From a candidate division WOR-3 bacterium (lineage in GTDB: Bacteria > Hydrothermota > Hydrothermia > LBFQ01), in assembly GCA_039802605.1 (NCBI GenBank), contig JBDRWW010000001.1:1-64000 (forward strand): a DNA stretch of 64,000 bases, given 5' to 3'. Below the pieces are notes generated by a model that saw nothing but the letters and a program-made list of their open reading frames with translations, was not told where the DNA came from and did not search any database. A program made the position numbers and the translations under genes. This document shows positions 9,603 to 18,458 of the stretch, in pieces (position 1 is the stretch's first letter; each line of letters opens with the position of its first letter).

Positions 9603-11228
9603 CTAATCCTCCCTTAAAACATTTTTAAGCCTAAAATAAACATTCCTATACTTCTCGTTGTTCGGGTCAAGAGTAAAAGCCTCCTTTATGTAAGCAAAGG
9701 CCATTGATACATCCCCCTTCTGATACATCTCCAAAGACTTTAAATAGTAATAATTCGCATCCCTTTTCATATTCGCTTCCACATATGTTAATAACCCGCT
9801 CGCCTCGGGCAAGGGGTATATCTTCAAAGACTTTTCAAGATAATACTTCGCCTTCACCCAATCTTTGTTCTGTATATACCCCTTGGCCTCCGATAGATAC
9901 CTTTCCGCAACAGCCCTTAATTTGTTAATATATTTGACCCTATCGGGATTTTGCGGTATTGTGTTTAATATCTTTGCAGCTTCAACATAATCACCCCTTT
10001 CTATTAATATATCAATCTTGCGAATTTTGGCATTATCGTATTTTTGATTCGCCTCCGCTTCAACGCTTTGGGAATTTCTAAGTTTGTTTATACTATTTTT
10101 AACATCGTTATAAACCCTTAAAGCATCCCTATCATCCGAAAATTCTTCAAGGAATAATAAAGCCTCGGCAAGCGCATCCGAATAAAGTTTGTTTCTCATA
10201 TATGTGTTTATCCTGCTTATGTACCCGCGCTTCTTATTCTCCTTTATAACCCCGTTTAAACTGTCTATCATACCTTCGATACCCGGAACGCTATCAAACG
10301 CCATTGCTATTTGTAATTTCATAAGGGCACTTTCGGGGTCTTTATCATTTTTTGCGCTCTCCACAAGGTTTTTGGCATAATCCTTAGCACCTTTTTCCAA
10401 CTCCTCTACCCTTCTCTTTAAGGATTTTATCTCCTCTTCATGCTCGGCCAATATCCTCTCGTGCCTCTCTATCTTTTCTTCCAGCTCCTTTTGCTTACCC
10501 CAAAAGATGTTAAAACCTATTCTATGCGTGAAATACCCTATCCAATAATATTCGTAATCGTACCTAAAAGTAAATGTTCCAACATCTAAGGAAAATCCCG
10601 CTATTAGGTTTTTAAGGGATGGAGATGCGTTTATTCCGAATACGCCATAATTGGCCGATAATACAAAACCCGCATCAATGTCTATATCCCCAAAAAACCT
10701 AACATATGGACCAAGTTTAAAGTTTTGCACATCCGTTAATCCCCTAAAATACACGGATGGCGTTGGTATAGTCTTTCCATATCCTAAATTTTCCACAAGG
10801 AGCAGCACTTCTCCGTTTTCCAAATTCCCCACAACAGCGCCGTTTAGGGTTATCGCGTAATCCGTATAGTTGTATATTTTGGATGTTAAAACCCCTGGAC
10901 CTACGCCGAATTTCCAACCTTTGTTTAACAAAGACCCGTTCAGGTATATCAAGTTCATACCCGTAAAGGCTACATAGTATGTACCCAATTTTTCGGCATT
11001 TTCATTTACGAGTTCTATATCCGTTAAATACCCACCTTTTAGGTTTAAGATTATTCTGTCCGTGGTTATGGTTAATTCCTCCTGCCTGAAATTAACAAAA
11101 TATTCCCTATGGAATATAGATACACTCCTTGGAAAAATACCAATTTGCGAACCGTTTCCTATATACCAAAACACATAACCCATAGTGGAAATTTTAAGGT
11201 TGCTTTTTCTTTTCGTCAAAAAGTTCAT
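9603..11228 (-). CDS. Putative beta-barrel + coiled-coil + TPR protein (alternative start 11183)
   Basis: N-terminal half has Gly/aromatic alternating strands; heptad-rich linker; TPR-like C-terminal helices; two in-frame ATGs each preceded by a -10 box. Confidence 0.6.
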   Translation of the reverse strand: MNFLTKRKSNLKISTMGYVFWYIGNGSQIGIFPRSVSIFHREYFVNFRQEELTITTDRIILNLKGGYLTDIELVNENAEKLGTYYVAFTGMNLIYLNGSLLNKGWKFGVGPGVLTSKIYNYTDYAITLNGAVVGNLENGEVLLLVENLGYGKTIPTPSVYFRGLTDVQNFKLGPYVRFFGDIDIDAGFVLSANYGVFGINASPSLKNLIAGFSLDVGTFTFRYDYEYYWIGYFTHRIGFNIFWGKQKELEEKIERHERILAEHEEEIKSLKRRVEELEKGAKDYAKNLVESAKNDKDPESALMKLQIAMAFDSVPGIEGMIDSLNGVIKENKKRGYISRINTYMRNKLYSDALAEALLFLEEFSDDRDALRVYNDVKNSINKLRNSQSVEAEANQKYDNAKIRKIDILIERGDYVEAAKILNTIPQNPDRVKYINKLRAVAERYLSEAKGYIQNKDWVKAKYYLEKSLKIYPLPEASGLLTYVEANMKRDANYYYLKSLEMYQKGDVSMAFAYIKEAFTLDPNNEKYRNVYFRLKNVLRED

Positions 11229-11275
11229 TTGTGGGAATTATAAGGTTTTTAACCTTAAAATGCAAAACGGGGAAG

Positions 11276-11971
11276 TTACACCTTTTGAAAAATTCCAAAC
11301 AAGTATAAACCCCTATTAAAGCCGAGTTTAAACATACCAAAATCAACAAATTTATAAAAGCCTTTTAGGAACGGAAACCTTCCTATGCCCTTTGGCTTTA
11401 TGTTCAAAATCGTTCCAATTTTAACGACTTTTAGATTGCTTTCCCTTGCAAGATTCGTATAATCTTCAACCGTAAAGGCCCATCTGGGTAATACGATTCT
11501 GCCGTTTTCCTTAACCGGCATATACCTTTCCTTTAACATCCCACCGAGTCTGTAATTCACGGTTATAAAATACCCGCCTTTATTTAAAACCCTTGAAACC
11601 TCAATAAACGCTAATTTTACAAGATCCAAATCCGAAAGGTATTGGATAACCTGAAATGAAATTACTAAATCGAAAGTATTACTTTTGAACGGGATTTGAT
11701 GGATACTACCTTGAACAACTTTAAACCCCTCATCTTTACAAATTTTAACACCCTCAAAGGAATAATCAAATCCAAAGGGGTTATAATCCCTTAGATTTTC
11801 CAACTTTAAACCCACACCGCAACCCGCGTCAAGTATGAGCTTTGGTTTTATCTTCCTAACGAGGTTTTTTAGATAATAATTCTCCACCTCATTGGACCAA
11901 TGCCATATTTGTGGAAGGTTCTTTTTGTGTCTGCGATAGATTTCGTCGTAAAGCCTTTTAACATCCTCCAC
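11276..11971 (-). CDS. Class I SAM-dependent methyltransferase
   Basis: ILDAGCGVG, GFDYS, IPF..NTFDLV, RVL..GG. Confidence 0.9.
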   Translation of the reverse strand: MEDVKRLYDEIYRRHKKNLPQIWHWSNEVENYYLKNLVRKIKPKLILDAGCGVGLKLENLRDYNPFGFDYSFEGVKICKDEGFKVVQGSIHQIPFKSNTFDLVISFQVIQYLSDLDLVKLAFIEVSRVLNKGGYFITVNYRLGGMLKERYMPVKENGRIVLPRWAFTVEDYTNLARESNLKVVKIGTILNIKPKGIGRFPFLKGFYKFVDFGMFKLGFNRGLYLFGIFQKV

Positions 11972-11980
11972 AATTGGAAA

Positions 11981-14035
11981 TTATAAAGATGCAACCTTTA
12001 CGAGTTCCAACAACATATCCTTTGAGTATTTATCAACGGATTTAACTTTAACGACAACCCTATCCCCAAGGGTTATTTTTTTCGTCTTTTTCTTTCCGAC
12101 TATTACAACGGAATACTCCTTGGGCAAAGATAAGGCTTTACCCCATTTAATCGTATTAATCGGTATATATCCTTCCGCTAAGTGTTGGGTGATTTCAACA
12201 AACAAGGCATCCTCGGATATTCCAACAACTATGCCTTCAAACTCTTGTCCCACCTTTCTTTCCATAAATTCATAAATTTTTAATCTCCACAGTTCCCACT
12301 CCGCATCCTCGGCCAGTCTTTCCATTTCGGAAAGGTGTTTTCCAATGTCCACCAAATCCTTATAGGAATAAGGCAATTTTTCCCCGTTCAAATAAGCCCA
12401 TAGCTGCCTATGAACTATCAAATCCGCATACCTCCTTATTGGTGATGTGAAATGCAAATAGTTTTTCAAAGCCAAACCAAAATGTCCAATGTTTTTTGGT
12501 GAATATTCCGCCCTGGCCATTGTTCTTAAAAGTAAGTAATTTATTAAATTCTCCTCGGGTCTTCCCCTAAAAGACTCCAACACTTCCCTTAAAAACTTCG
12601 GCGTTATCCTTTTTACTTTAAACGGTTTACCCAACAATCTTTCGGCGAGTTTTAGAAAATCCTTAACCTTTTTCTCCTTAGGATGTGGATGAACCCTATA
12701 AAGAACCGGAACCTTTTTCCTACTTAAATATGTAGCCACCAAAGTGTTGGCCGTTATCATTAATTCCTCTATTATCTTGTGCGTCCATAACCTCTCCTTT
12801 GGGGAAACCATAATGACCTGCCCGTTTTCCATAAGGAATTCCGCTTCGGGTAGGTCAAAGTCTATACTCCCCCTTTCTTCCCTTTTTGCCCTTAGTATTT
12901 CGGCCAATTCGCTTGCCTCCTTTAATACCCTCCTAACACCTCCAATTGCACCCTTATAAATTACGGTTTCCTTATCCTCGGTATTAAAACCGTCTAATAG
13001 CCTTTGGGCATCCTCATATGTTAGCCTCGCATACGATAATATTTTGCTTTTATAAAACTTTGCACTTTGGGTTAGTATCTTTCCATCCCTCGTAATCTTT
13101 ACCTCAACGGTAAATGTGTATTTGGGTTGTCCGGGTAGAAGGGAAGCCAGGTCATCGGAAATCTTATTTGGGAGCATTGGTACAACCCTTTCTATAAGAT
13201 ATACGCTGTTTCCCCTCCTTAAAGCCTCCTTATCCATATTTCCACCCTTTCTAACCCAAAATGACACATCCGCTATATGCACCTTTAATATCCAACCCTT
13301 TTCGTATCTTTCCACATATATCGCATCATCGTAATCCTTTGCCGTTCTTGGATCTATTGTTATTGTGAATTCATCGGTTAAATCCACCCTATTGTTATCC
13401 TCAACGAACCCTATTTCTTCGGCTTCCCTTAAAACCTCTTCCGGAAACCCTTCTGGAAGGTTAAACATCTTCATTACTATTTCATAATCGTCGGGTTTAA
13501 CGCTAACTATCCTCCAATTTTTTCCACCCCTTTTTACCAAAACCACATCTCCTCTATTAAGTTCAATGCCCCTTTTTATCTTTGCATTAACCATTCCCAC
13601 CCTTGAATCTTCAACTTTAACTTTACCATTACCCAAATACCTACCCACAAAATAACCCTTTTTTCTCTCAATGACCCTCAAAACCCTACCTTCAAGGTTT
13701 CCAAATTTTCTTTTCCTTGGGAATACCAAAACCTCAACTATATCACCGTTTTCCGCATCACCCATCGCCCAAGCGGGTACGAATACATCCCCCTCTTCGG
13801 TTATAACAAATCCAAAGCCACCCCTCTTTATCTCTATTCTCCCACTCAATCTCTTACCCAACCTCTCAATTAAGCCATATCCCTTTCCATACCTAATAAC
13901 CTTTCCGCTTTTTATGAGAACATTTAACGCCCTTTTCACCTTCTTTTTACTCGTACCCAAAACCATCGCGATTTGGGATACGGTCAGATAAGCCCTTTTA
14001 GATTTTCTTAAAATTTCCTCTACTTCTCTAACCAT
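11981..14035 (-). CDS. rnr: Ribonuclease R (RNB family)
   Basis: N-terminal HTH and cold-shock domain (GFGFV), TIDP..AKDYDDA, HFTSPIRRYADL, S1 domain; likely start MVREVEE at 14035. Confidence 0.92.
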   Translation of the reverse strand: MVREVEEILRKSKRAYLTVSQIAMVLGTSKKKVKRALNVLIKSGKVIRYGKGYGLIERLGKRLSGRIEIKRGGFGFVITEEGDVFVPAWAMGDAENGDIVEVLVFPRKRKFGNLEGRVLRVIERKKGYFVGRYLGNGKVKVEDSRVGMVNAKIKRGIELNRGDVVLVKRGGKNWRIVSVKPDDYEIVMKMFNLPEGFPEEVLREAEEIGFVEDNNRVDLTDEFTITIDPRTAKDYDDAIYVERYEKGWILKVHIADVSFWVRKGGNMDKEALRRGNSVYLIERVVPMLPNKISDDLASLLPGQPKYTFTVEVKITRDGKILTQSAKFYKSKILSYARLTYEDAQRLLDGFNTEDKETVIYKGAIGGVRRVLKEASELAEILRAKREERGSIDFDLPEAEFLMENGQVIMVSPKERLWTHKIIEELMITANTLVATYLSRKKVPVLYRVHPHPKEKKVKDFLKLAERLLGKPFKVKRITPKFLREVLESFRGRPEENLINYLLLRTMARAEYSPKNIGHFGLALKNYLHFTSPIRRYADLIVHRQLWAYLNGEKLPYSYKDLVDIGKHLSEMERLAEDAEWELWRLKIYEFMERKVGQEFEGIVVGISEDALFVEITQHLAEGYIPINTIKWGKALSLPKEYSVVIVGKKKTKKITLGDRVVVKVKSVDKYSKDMLLELVKVASL

Positions 14036-15087
14036 AGTTTTTTCAAAATGGATTTGTAAGGAAAGGCCGGAGCCTTCCACCTGGATAGTTGCGCCTCAAT
14101 GAAGGCAAAAGTTTTCAAAATCTCGTTATATACCCTTTTATCCTCCTCTTTCAGCCTTCCAAGTGGTTTCCCGTCGTATTCGTACTCCTCTATGTTTGAG
14201 TAAAAATCCGCTATTTCTTTATAAGTTTTGGGTTTTGGTTCTTCGTCGGGTTTTGAAAACCTCCCAATTTCCTTATCCGAATACTTAAAGAATATGACAT
14301 CTTCGGAGGCAACCTTATCTTTTATATTCTGATACATTAAATCCGATCTCGGCCAGGTATGGGAATAAACCGTTAAAAAATGCGTGTTTTCAATAGATAT
14401 TATACTATATACCCCAGCAACCTCAATATATGAAAACTTTGGGGATGGCAACGCCCTTTTAAAATTCCTGTGATCGGAATCCGTCATATAAAGGAAATAC
14501 CCAATAGAACCGTCATTAAACCTTATGGTTTGAGTTTTGTGTAGTAGTTTCTTGAGGTTTTCTACCGCCACCAAGGGGACCAGTAGGGTATAATCCTTAA
14601 TACCATATCCCTCTACGGATACCCTTTCGTTTTTTGCTTTCTTTAAACCTTCCAAAAAGCTTTCCTCATCCGTTGCATCCATTGTTGCCAACCTTTCTTC
14701 TACGCTTCTGGCGACAAAAGCCGAAGGTAATGCTATATCCAATCCATCAAAATTGAATACGAAAAAAGGCCTTTTTTCAAGTGGTGTATATTCGTAAAGG
14801 GGGGACCAAAACCTTCTACCGTCTATATCGGCAAATCCCATATCCCTATAATATTCGTATATTTCAACGATTTCTATTTTCCCCGTTTTTAACCTCTCAA
14901 AAACCGTTTGATGGTATGTTGGATAAGGATCAACTTTAAAATTTTCCAATTCCCCTTTTATTTCCGTGGTAAGAGGTAGGTTCATATCCCTTATCGCTTG
15001 AATTACCTCAACGGATTTTTTCCAATTTTCATAACAACATTTTTTTAGGGGTTTCCCACTTCCACAGGGACACATTTCTAAATTCAT
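14020..15087 (-). CDS. Hypothetical protein with N-terminal SEC-C motif
   Basis: CPCGSGKPLKKCC at the N-terminus; remainder unrecognised. Confidence 0.75.
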   Translation of the reverse strand: MNLEMCPCGSGKPLKKCCYENWKKSVEVIQAIRDMNLPLTTEIKGELENFKVDPYPTYHQTVFERLKTGKIEIVEIYEYYRDMGFADIDGRRFWSPLYEYTPLEKRPFFVFNFDGLDIALPSAFVARSVEERLATMDATDEESFLEGLKKAKNERVSVEGYGIKDYTLLVPLVAVENLKKLLHKTQTIRFNDGSIGYFLYMTDSDHRNFKRALPSPKFSYIEVAGVYSIISIENTHFLTVYSHTWPRSDLMYQNIKDKVASEDVIFFKYSDKEIGRFSKPDEEPKPKTYKEIADFYSNIEEYEYDGKPLGRLKEEDKRVYNEILKTFAFIEAQLSRWKAPAFPYKSILKKLWLEK

Positions 15088-15096
15088 AAGTTGGGT

Positions 15097-15127
15097 ATTG
15101 TAAGGGTGCCCTTTTCATCCTTAGAAT
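15097..15127. promoter_or_regulatory. Back-to-back -10 boxes (SEC-C gene / surE)
   Basis: TACAAT (-) 15097-15102, 9 nt before ATG 15087; TAGAAT (+) 15122-15127, 9 nt before GTG 15137. Confidence 0.65.
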
Positions 15128-15136
15128 TTCCACCCA

Positions 15137-15889
15137 GTGCCCATAATATTAATATCCAATGACGACGGTATAGAGGCCGAAGGTTTGAAGGTTTTGGAGG
15201 AGGTAGCCTCGGAATTCGGTGAGGTTTGGACGGTTGCACCCTTAGAAGAACAAAGCGGTTCAAGCCACAGGTTAACATTCGGAAAAGAGGTTAGGGTTTA
15301 TAAGTTTGGACCCAGAAAATTTGCGGTGGACGGCTCTCCGGCGGATTCCGTGCTTATAGGACTTTTTGGAATACTACCCGCCCAACCCAAAATCATCCTC
15401 AGCGGAATAAACGCCGGATATAACCTATCGGAAGATGTGTTTTATTCCGGTACCGTAGCGGCGGCAAGGGAGGGGGCTATGTACGGTTTTAGGGCAATAG
15501 CGTTTTCCCTTGAAAGGAGTGATAATATGATGTGGGAAACGGCCAAGGAGGTGGCGAAAATGGTTCTTAAAAAATTCTTGGATTACGAGGATTTCCGCCT
15601 ACTATCGGTAAACATCCCTTCTTTACCTTTGGAAGAAATAAAGGGATTTAAATGGACATTCTTGGGTAGCAGGGTTTATAAGGAGCCCGTAAGGGTAGAA
15701 GGAGAAAACGCTTTTAGGATTGAGGGGAAACCCGTTTTTAAAATGCCCCCTGGTTCCGATATATACGCCGTAAAAAACGGCTATGTTTCTATTACCCCTT
15801 TGAGCCTTGATATTACGGATAGGGATGCGCTGTTAAAGTTGAAAAATTTGGAAATATCTCTTTTCTTACAAAAAAATTTTCAGCCTTAA
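15137..15889 (+). CDS. surE: 5'/3'-nucleotidase SurE
   Basis: ILISNDDG, VAP..EQSG, SGINAG.N...DVFYSGTVAAA.EG, GYVSITPL. Confidence 0.96.
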   Translation: MPIILISNDDGIEAEGLKVLEEVASEFGEVWTVAPLEEQSGSSHRLTFGKEVRVYKFGPRKFAVDGSPADSVLIGLFGILPAQPKIILSGINAGYNLSEDVFYSGTVAAAREGAMYGFRAIAFSLERSDNMMWETAKEVAKMVLKKFLDYEDFRLLSVNIPSLPLEEIKGFKWTFLGSRVYKEPVRVEGENAFRIEGKPVFKMPPGSDIYAVKNGYVSITPLSLDITDRDALLKLKNLEISLFLQKNFQP

Positions 15890-15898
15890 AATATTTTT

Positions 15899-16789
15899 GT
15901 GCTTGGTAGCGCTATGCTAAGGATTGAAAAAATTGATCCTTTTGAGCATTTGGAGGAGTGGGAAAGGATATATTTTGAGAGTGCGAGAGGGGTGATATTC
16001 GCATATCCCAAATGGTCTATACTTTCGGCGGAATATAATGGCGGAGAGCCCAAATACTGGATGGTGGCGAACGAAAAACCCTTGGCATATGTAGCGGGTT
16101 CTTATTACGATTCGCGTAAAACCCTAATACTTCCCGTATTTGATCCCATTTTTGCGCCTTACTCGGAGTTTGTGATACTTCCCCAGTACCGCAGGGAAGT
16201 ATTGGAAAACCTCTTGAAAAACTTACAAAATGGATACGAGAAAATGTTGGTAGGACCTATAAGGGAAGATTCGCCGAGTTATTCCATTGTTTCAAAGATG
16301 GGTAATGCAATATCTTCGATAAAGATCCACAATATAAGGCTTAAAGGCGATCCCCTTGAGCACCTTTATAGGTCAAAGGCGTATAACTTCATAAAAACCC
16401 TTGAAAACATGGAAAGGAAAATGGATGTAAAGGTGGAAATAAAAGGTTTTGATGCCTTGGAGGAAATATTAAACAATTCGTTTAAGCTTTCTCCCACCCG
16501 TGAGTTTGCCTTAAAATCCGTATTATCCGCTTGTAGGGATAAGGTAAAAATAATAAAAGTTCTTGAGAGATCCAAAGTTCTCGGTTATACATTGCTGGTT
16601 GAGGAAGAGGACAAAATCGTTGTTATCTTGAATACTGTTCCGGAGGATAAGATTATGCTTGGTATATGGAAGTATATTTATGATACGGGTAAAAGGGACT
16701 TAAACCTTGAAATCCCATTACCCACATTTGCATTCGGTAAGGAGTTGGGATTCAAGGTTATAAACGCTCACATATACGAAATCATTTAA
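15899..16789 (+). CDS. Hypothetical protein, possibly GNAT-fold (CelD/BcsL-like)
   Basis: Long ORF; EEW..I......IF...W N-terminus resembles that family; weak resemblance. Confidence 0.45.
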   Translation: MLGSAMLRIEKIDPFEHLEEWERIYFESARGVIFAYPKWSILSAEYNGGEPKYWMVANEKPLAYVAGSYYDSRKTLILPVFDPIFAPYSEFVILPQYRREVLENLLKNLQNGYEKMLVGPIREDSPSYSIVSKMGNAISSIKIHNIRLKGDPLEHLYRSKAYNFIKTLENMERKMDVKVEIKGFDALEEILNNSFKLSPTREFALKSVLSACRDKVKIIKVLERSKVLGYTLLVEEEDKIVVILNTVPEDKIMLGIWKYIYDTGKRDLNLEIPLPTFAFGKELGFKVINAHIYEII

Positions 16790-17342
16790 ATTTGGCCATT
16801 TCTTCGTTTATACCTTTTTTAACATTGCACCACCTTGCCAAAACAAAAAATAGATCGGATAACCTGTTTAAATATATTTGAACATTAGGGTTAATCTCAA
16901 AACCCTTTTCCATTGCGGATACAACCGCCCTTTCCGCCCTCCTACAAACCGTTCTACATATGTGCAATAGGGCGGATTCCTTACAGCCGGATGGTAATAC
17001 AAATTCTTCAAGGGGTTTAAGTTCGGAGTTGAATTTATCAATGAGTTCTTCAATTTTTTTAACATCCCCTTCGGAAACCCTTTTTATTGGATATTTTGAA
17101 GGCATAGGGGTTGCCAAATCTGCCCCCACTTTAAAGAGGTCGTTTTGTATACCTTTTAAAATTTCATCCAATTCCCTTAAATCATTGGAAAGTTCAGCCC
17201 TTAAAAGGCCTATAAAGGAGTTCAATTCATCAACTTCACCGTAAGAGGAAACAAGGGGATGGGTTTTTGACACAACGGAACCATCAGCCAAATATGTCTT
17301 CCCCCCATCCCCAAATTTGGTATAAACCTTCGTTATCCTCAT
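16782..17342 (-). CDS. ATP:cob(I)alamin adenosyltransferase, PduO type
   Basis: KVYTKFGDGGKT, YGEVDELNS, RTVCRRAER, YLNRLSDLFF. Confidence 0.93.
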   Translation of the reverse strand: MRITKVYTKFGDGGKTYLADGSVVSKTHPLVSSYGEVDELNSFIGLLRAELSNDLRELDEILKGIQNDLFKVGADLATPMPSKYPIKRVSEGDVKKIEELIDKFNSELKPLEEFVLPSGCKESALLHICRTVCRRAERAVVSAMEKGFEINPNVQIYLNRLSDLFFVLARWCNVKKGINEEMAKFK

Positions 17343-17918
17343 TCAAGAACACCCAAGGAGAGGGATATACCGAAGAACTTATATTAGGGTCTGGATTATA
17401 TATACCACGTAAGCTTGGTGCGTAATCCGCGAACAAGCCACCACCAAAACCAATAAGTCCAGTAAAGTGGTAAATATTTACAAATCCACCCAACGCAAAA
17501 CCATTTAAATCAATATCATAATCATTACTTTCGGGCAATGTATCTCTTATAGAATACCGAGCATAAGCGGGATACACGCCAAATTGCATTTTTACCATAG
17601 GCAGGGAAAACATATAACCAATTGGTATTTTTATGTATGTTCTCATAACATTGATCATAACACCGAAAGTATCCTCATTCTCCCCGCATAAAAATCGGCC
17701 CCAATGCCTCCCGCAAATGGTAAGGCGGGAACAAGGCTAACACCAAAGCTAACATCTCCACCCGAGATGGAACCCTTAGGTGATCCTGTGAAGCAGTAAG
17801 AATCTATACATTCAGTAAAGGGCCCTCCTGCATTCAACCCCCCGCCTGTATTCGCCCAGAAGCCAACGGCAAAAGCGGGGGAAAAGGCAAAGGGAAGGAT
17901 AAACAAAACCCTTTTCAT
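17284..17918 (-). pseudogene. Frameshifted outer-membrane beta-barrel-like gene (two ORFs)
   Basis: 17655-17918 has a canonical signal peptide (MKRVLFILPFAFSPAFA); one extra base near the G4 run at 17682-17685 would join it to 17284-17658. Confidence 0.55.
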
Positions 17919-17927
17919 AGAACGGTT

Positions 17928-17958
17928 ATTATAAGGGTGGGAATTTCTACCTTAAAAT
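17928..17958. promoter_or_regulatory. Back-to-back -10 boxes (OMP gene / sodC)
   Basis: TATAAT (-) 17928-17933 and TAAAAT (+) 17953-17958, 9 and 8 nt before their ATGs. Confidence 0.65.
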
Positions 17959-17966
17959 ACCCACTT

Positions 17967-18458
17967 ATGCTTATACTTACGCTCCTTACAAACGCCGACA
18001 CCCTTTTAAAGGCAAGGGCAGATGTAAAAGCCTTTAAGGGGAATATCTCGGGCGAAGTCTGGTTTTATCAACTCTCCGATATGAGCGTTTTCATAAGGGG
18101 GACTATAAGGGGATTGGATAAGGACAAAACCTATGCAATACACATACACGAATTCGGCGATTGTTCATCACACCACGCATCGGGTGGGCATTTTGACCCT
18201 TATAAATCCGAAAAACACGCACACCCCGATGACCCAATCGGCACCCATCATTCAGGAGATTTGCCAAATATAAAATCCGATAAAAATGGGATTGCCGAAT
18301 TTACATATAAAACCAAGGCTTTTACCCTCTTGCCTTCACCCTATTCAATCCTCGGTAGATCCGTTATAATCCATGCCGGAGAAGACGATTACAAAAGCCA
18401 ACCGGCTGGAAATTCGGGTGATAGAATAGCCTGCGGTATTATAGGATTGGTTAAATAA
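17967..18458 (+). CDS. sodC: Cu/Zn superoxide dismutase
   Basis: AIHIHEFGDC, GGHFDP, HSGDLPN, GRSVIIHA.EDD...QPAGNSG.RIACG; start moved to ATG 17967 on promoter position. Confidence 0.94.
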   Translation: MLILTLLTNADTLLKARADVKAFKGNISGEVWFYQLSDMSVFIRGTIRGLDKDKTYAIHIHEFGDCSSHHASGGHFDPYKSEKHAHPDDPIGTHHSGDLPNIKSDKNGIAEFTYKTKAFTLLPSPYSILGRSVIIHAGEDDYKSQPAGNSGDRIACGIIGLVK

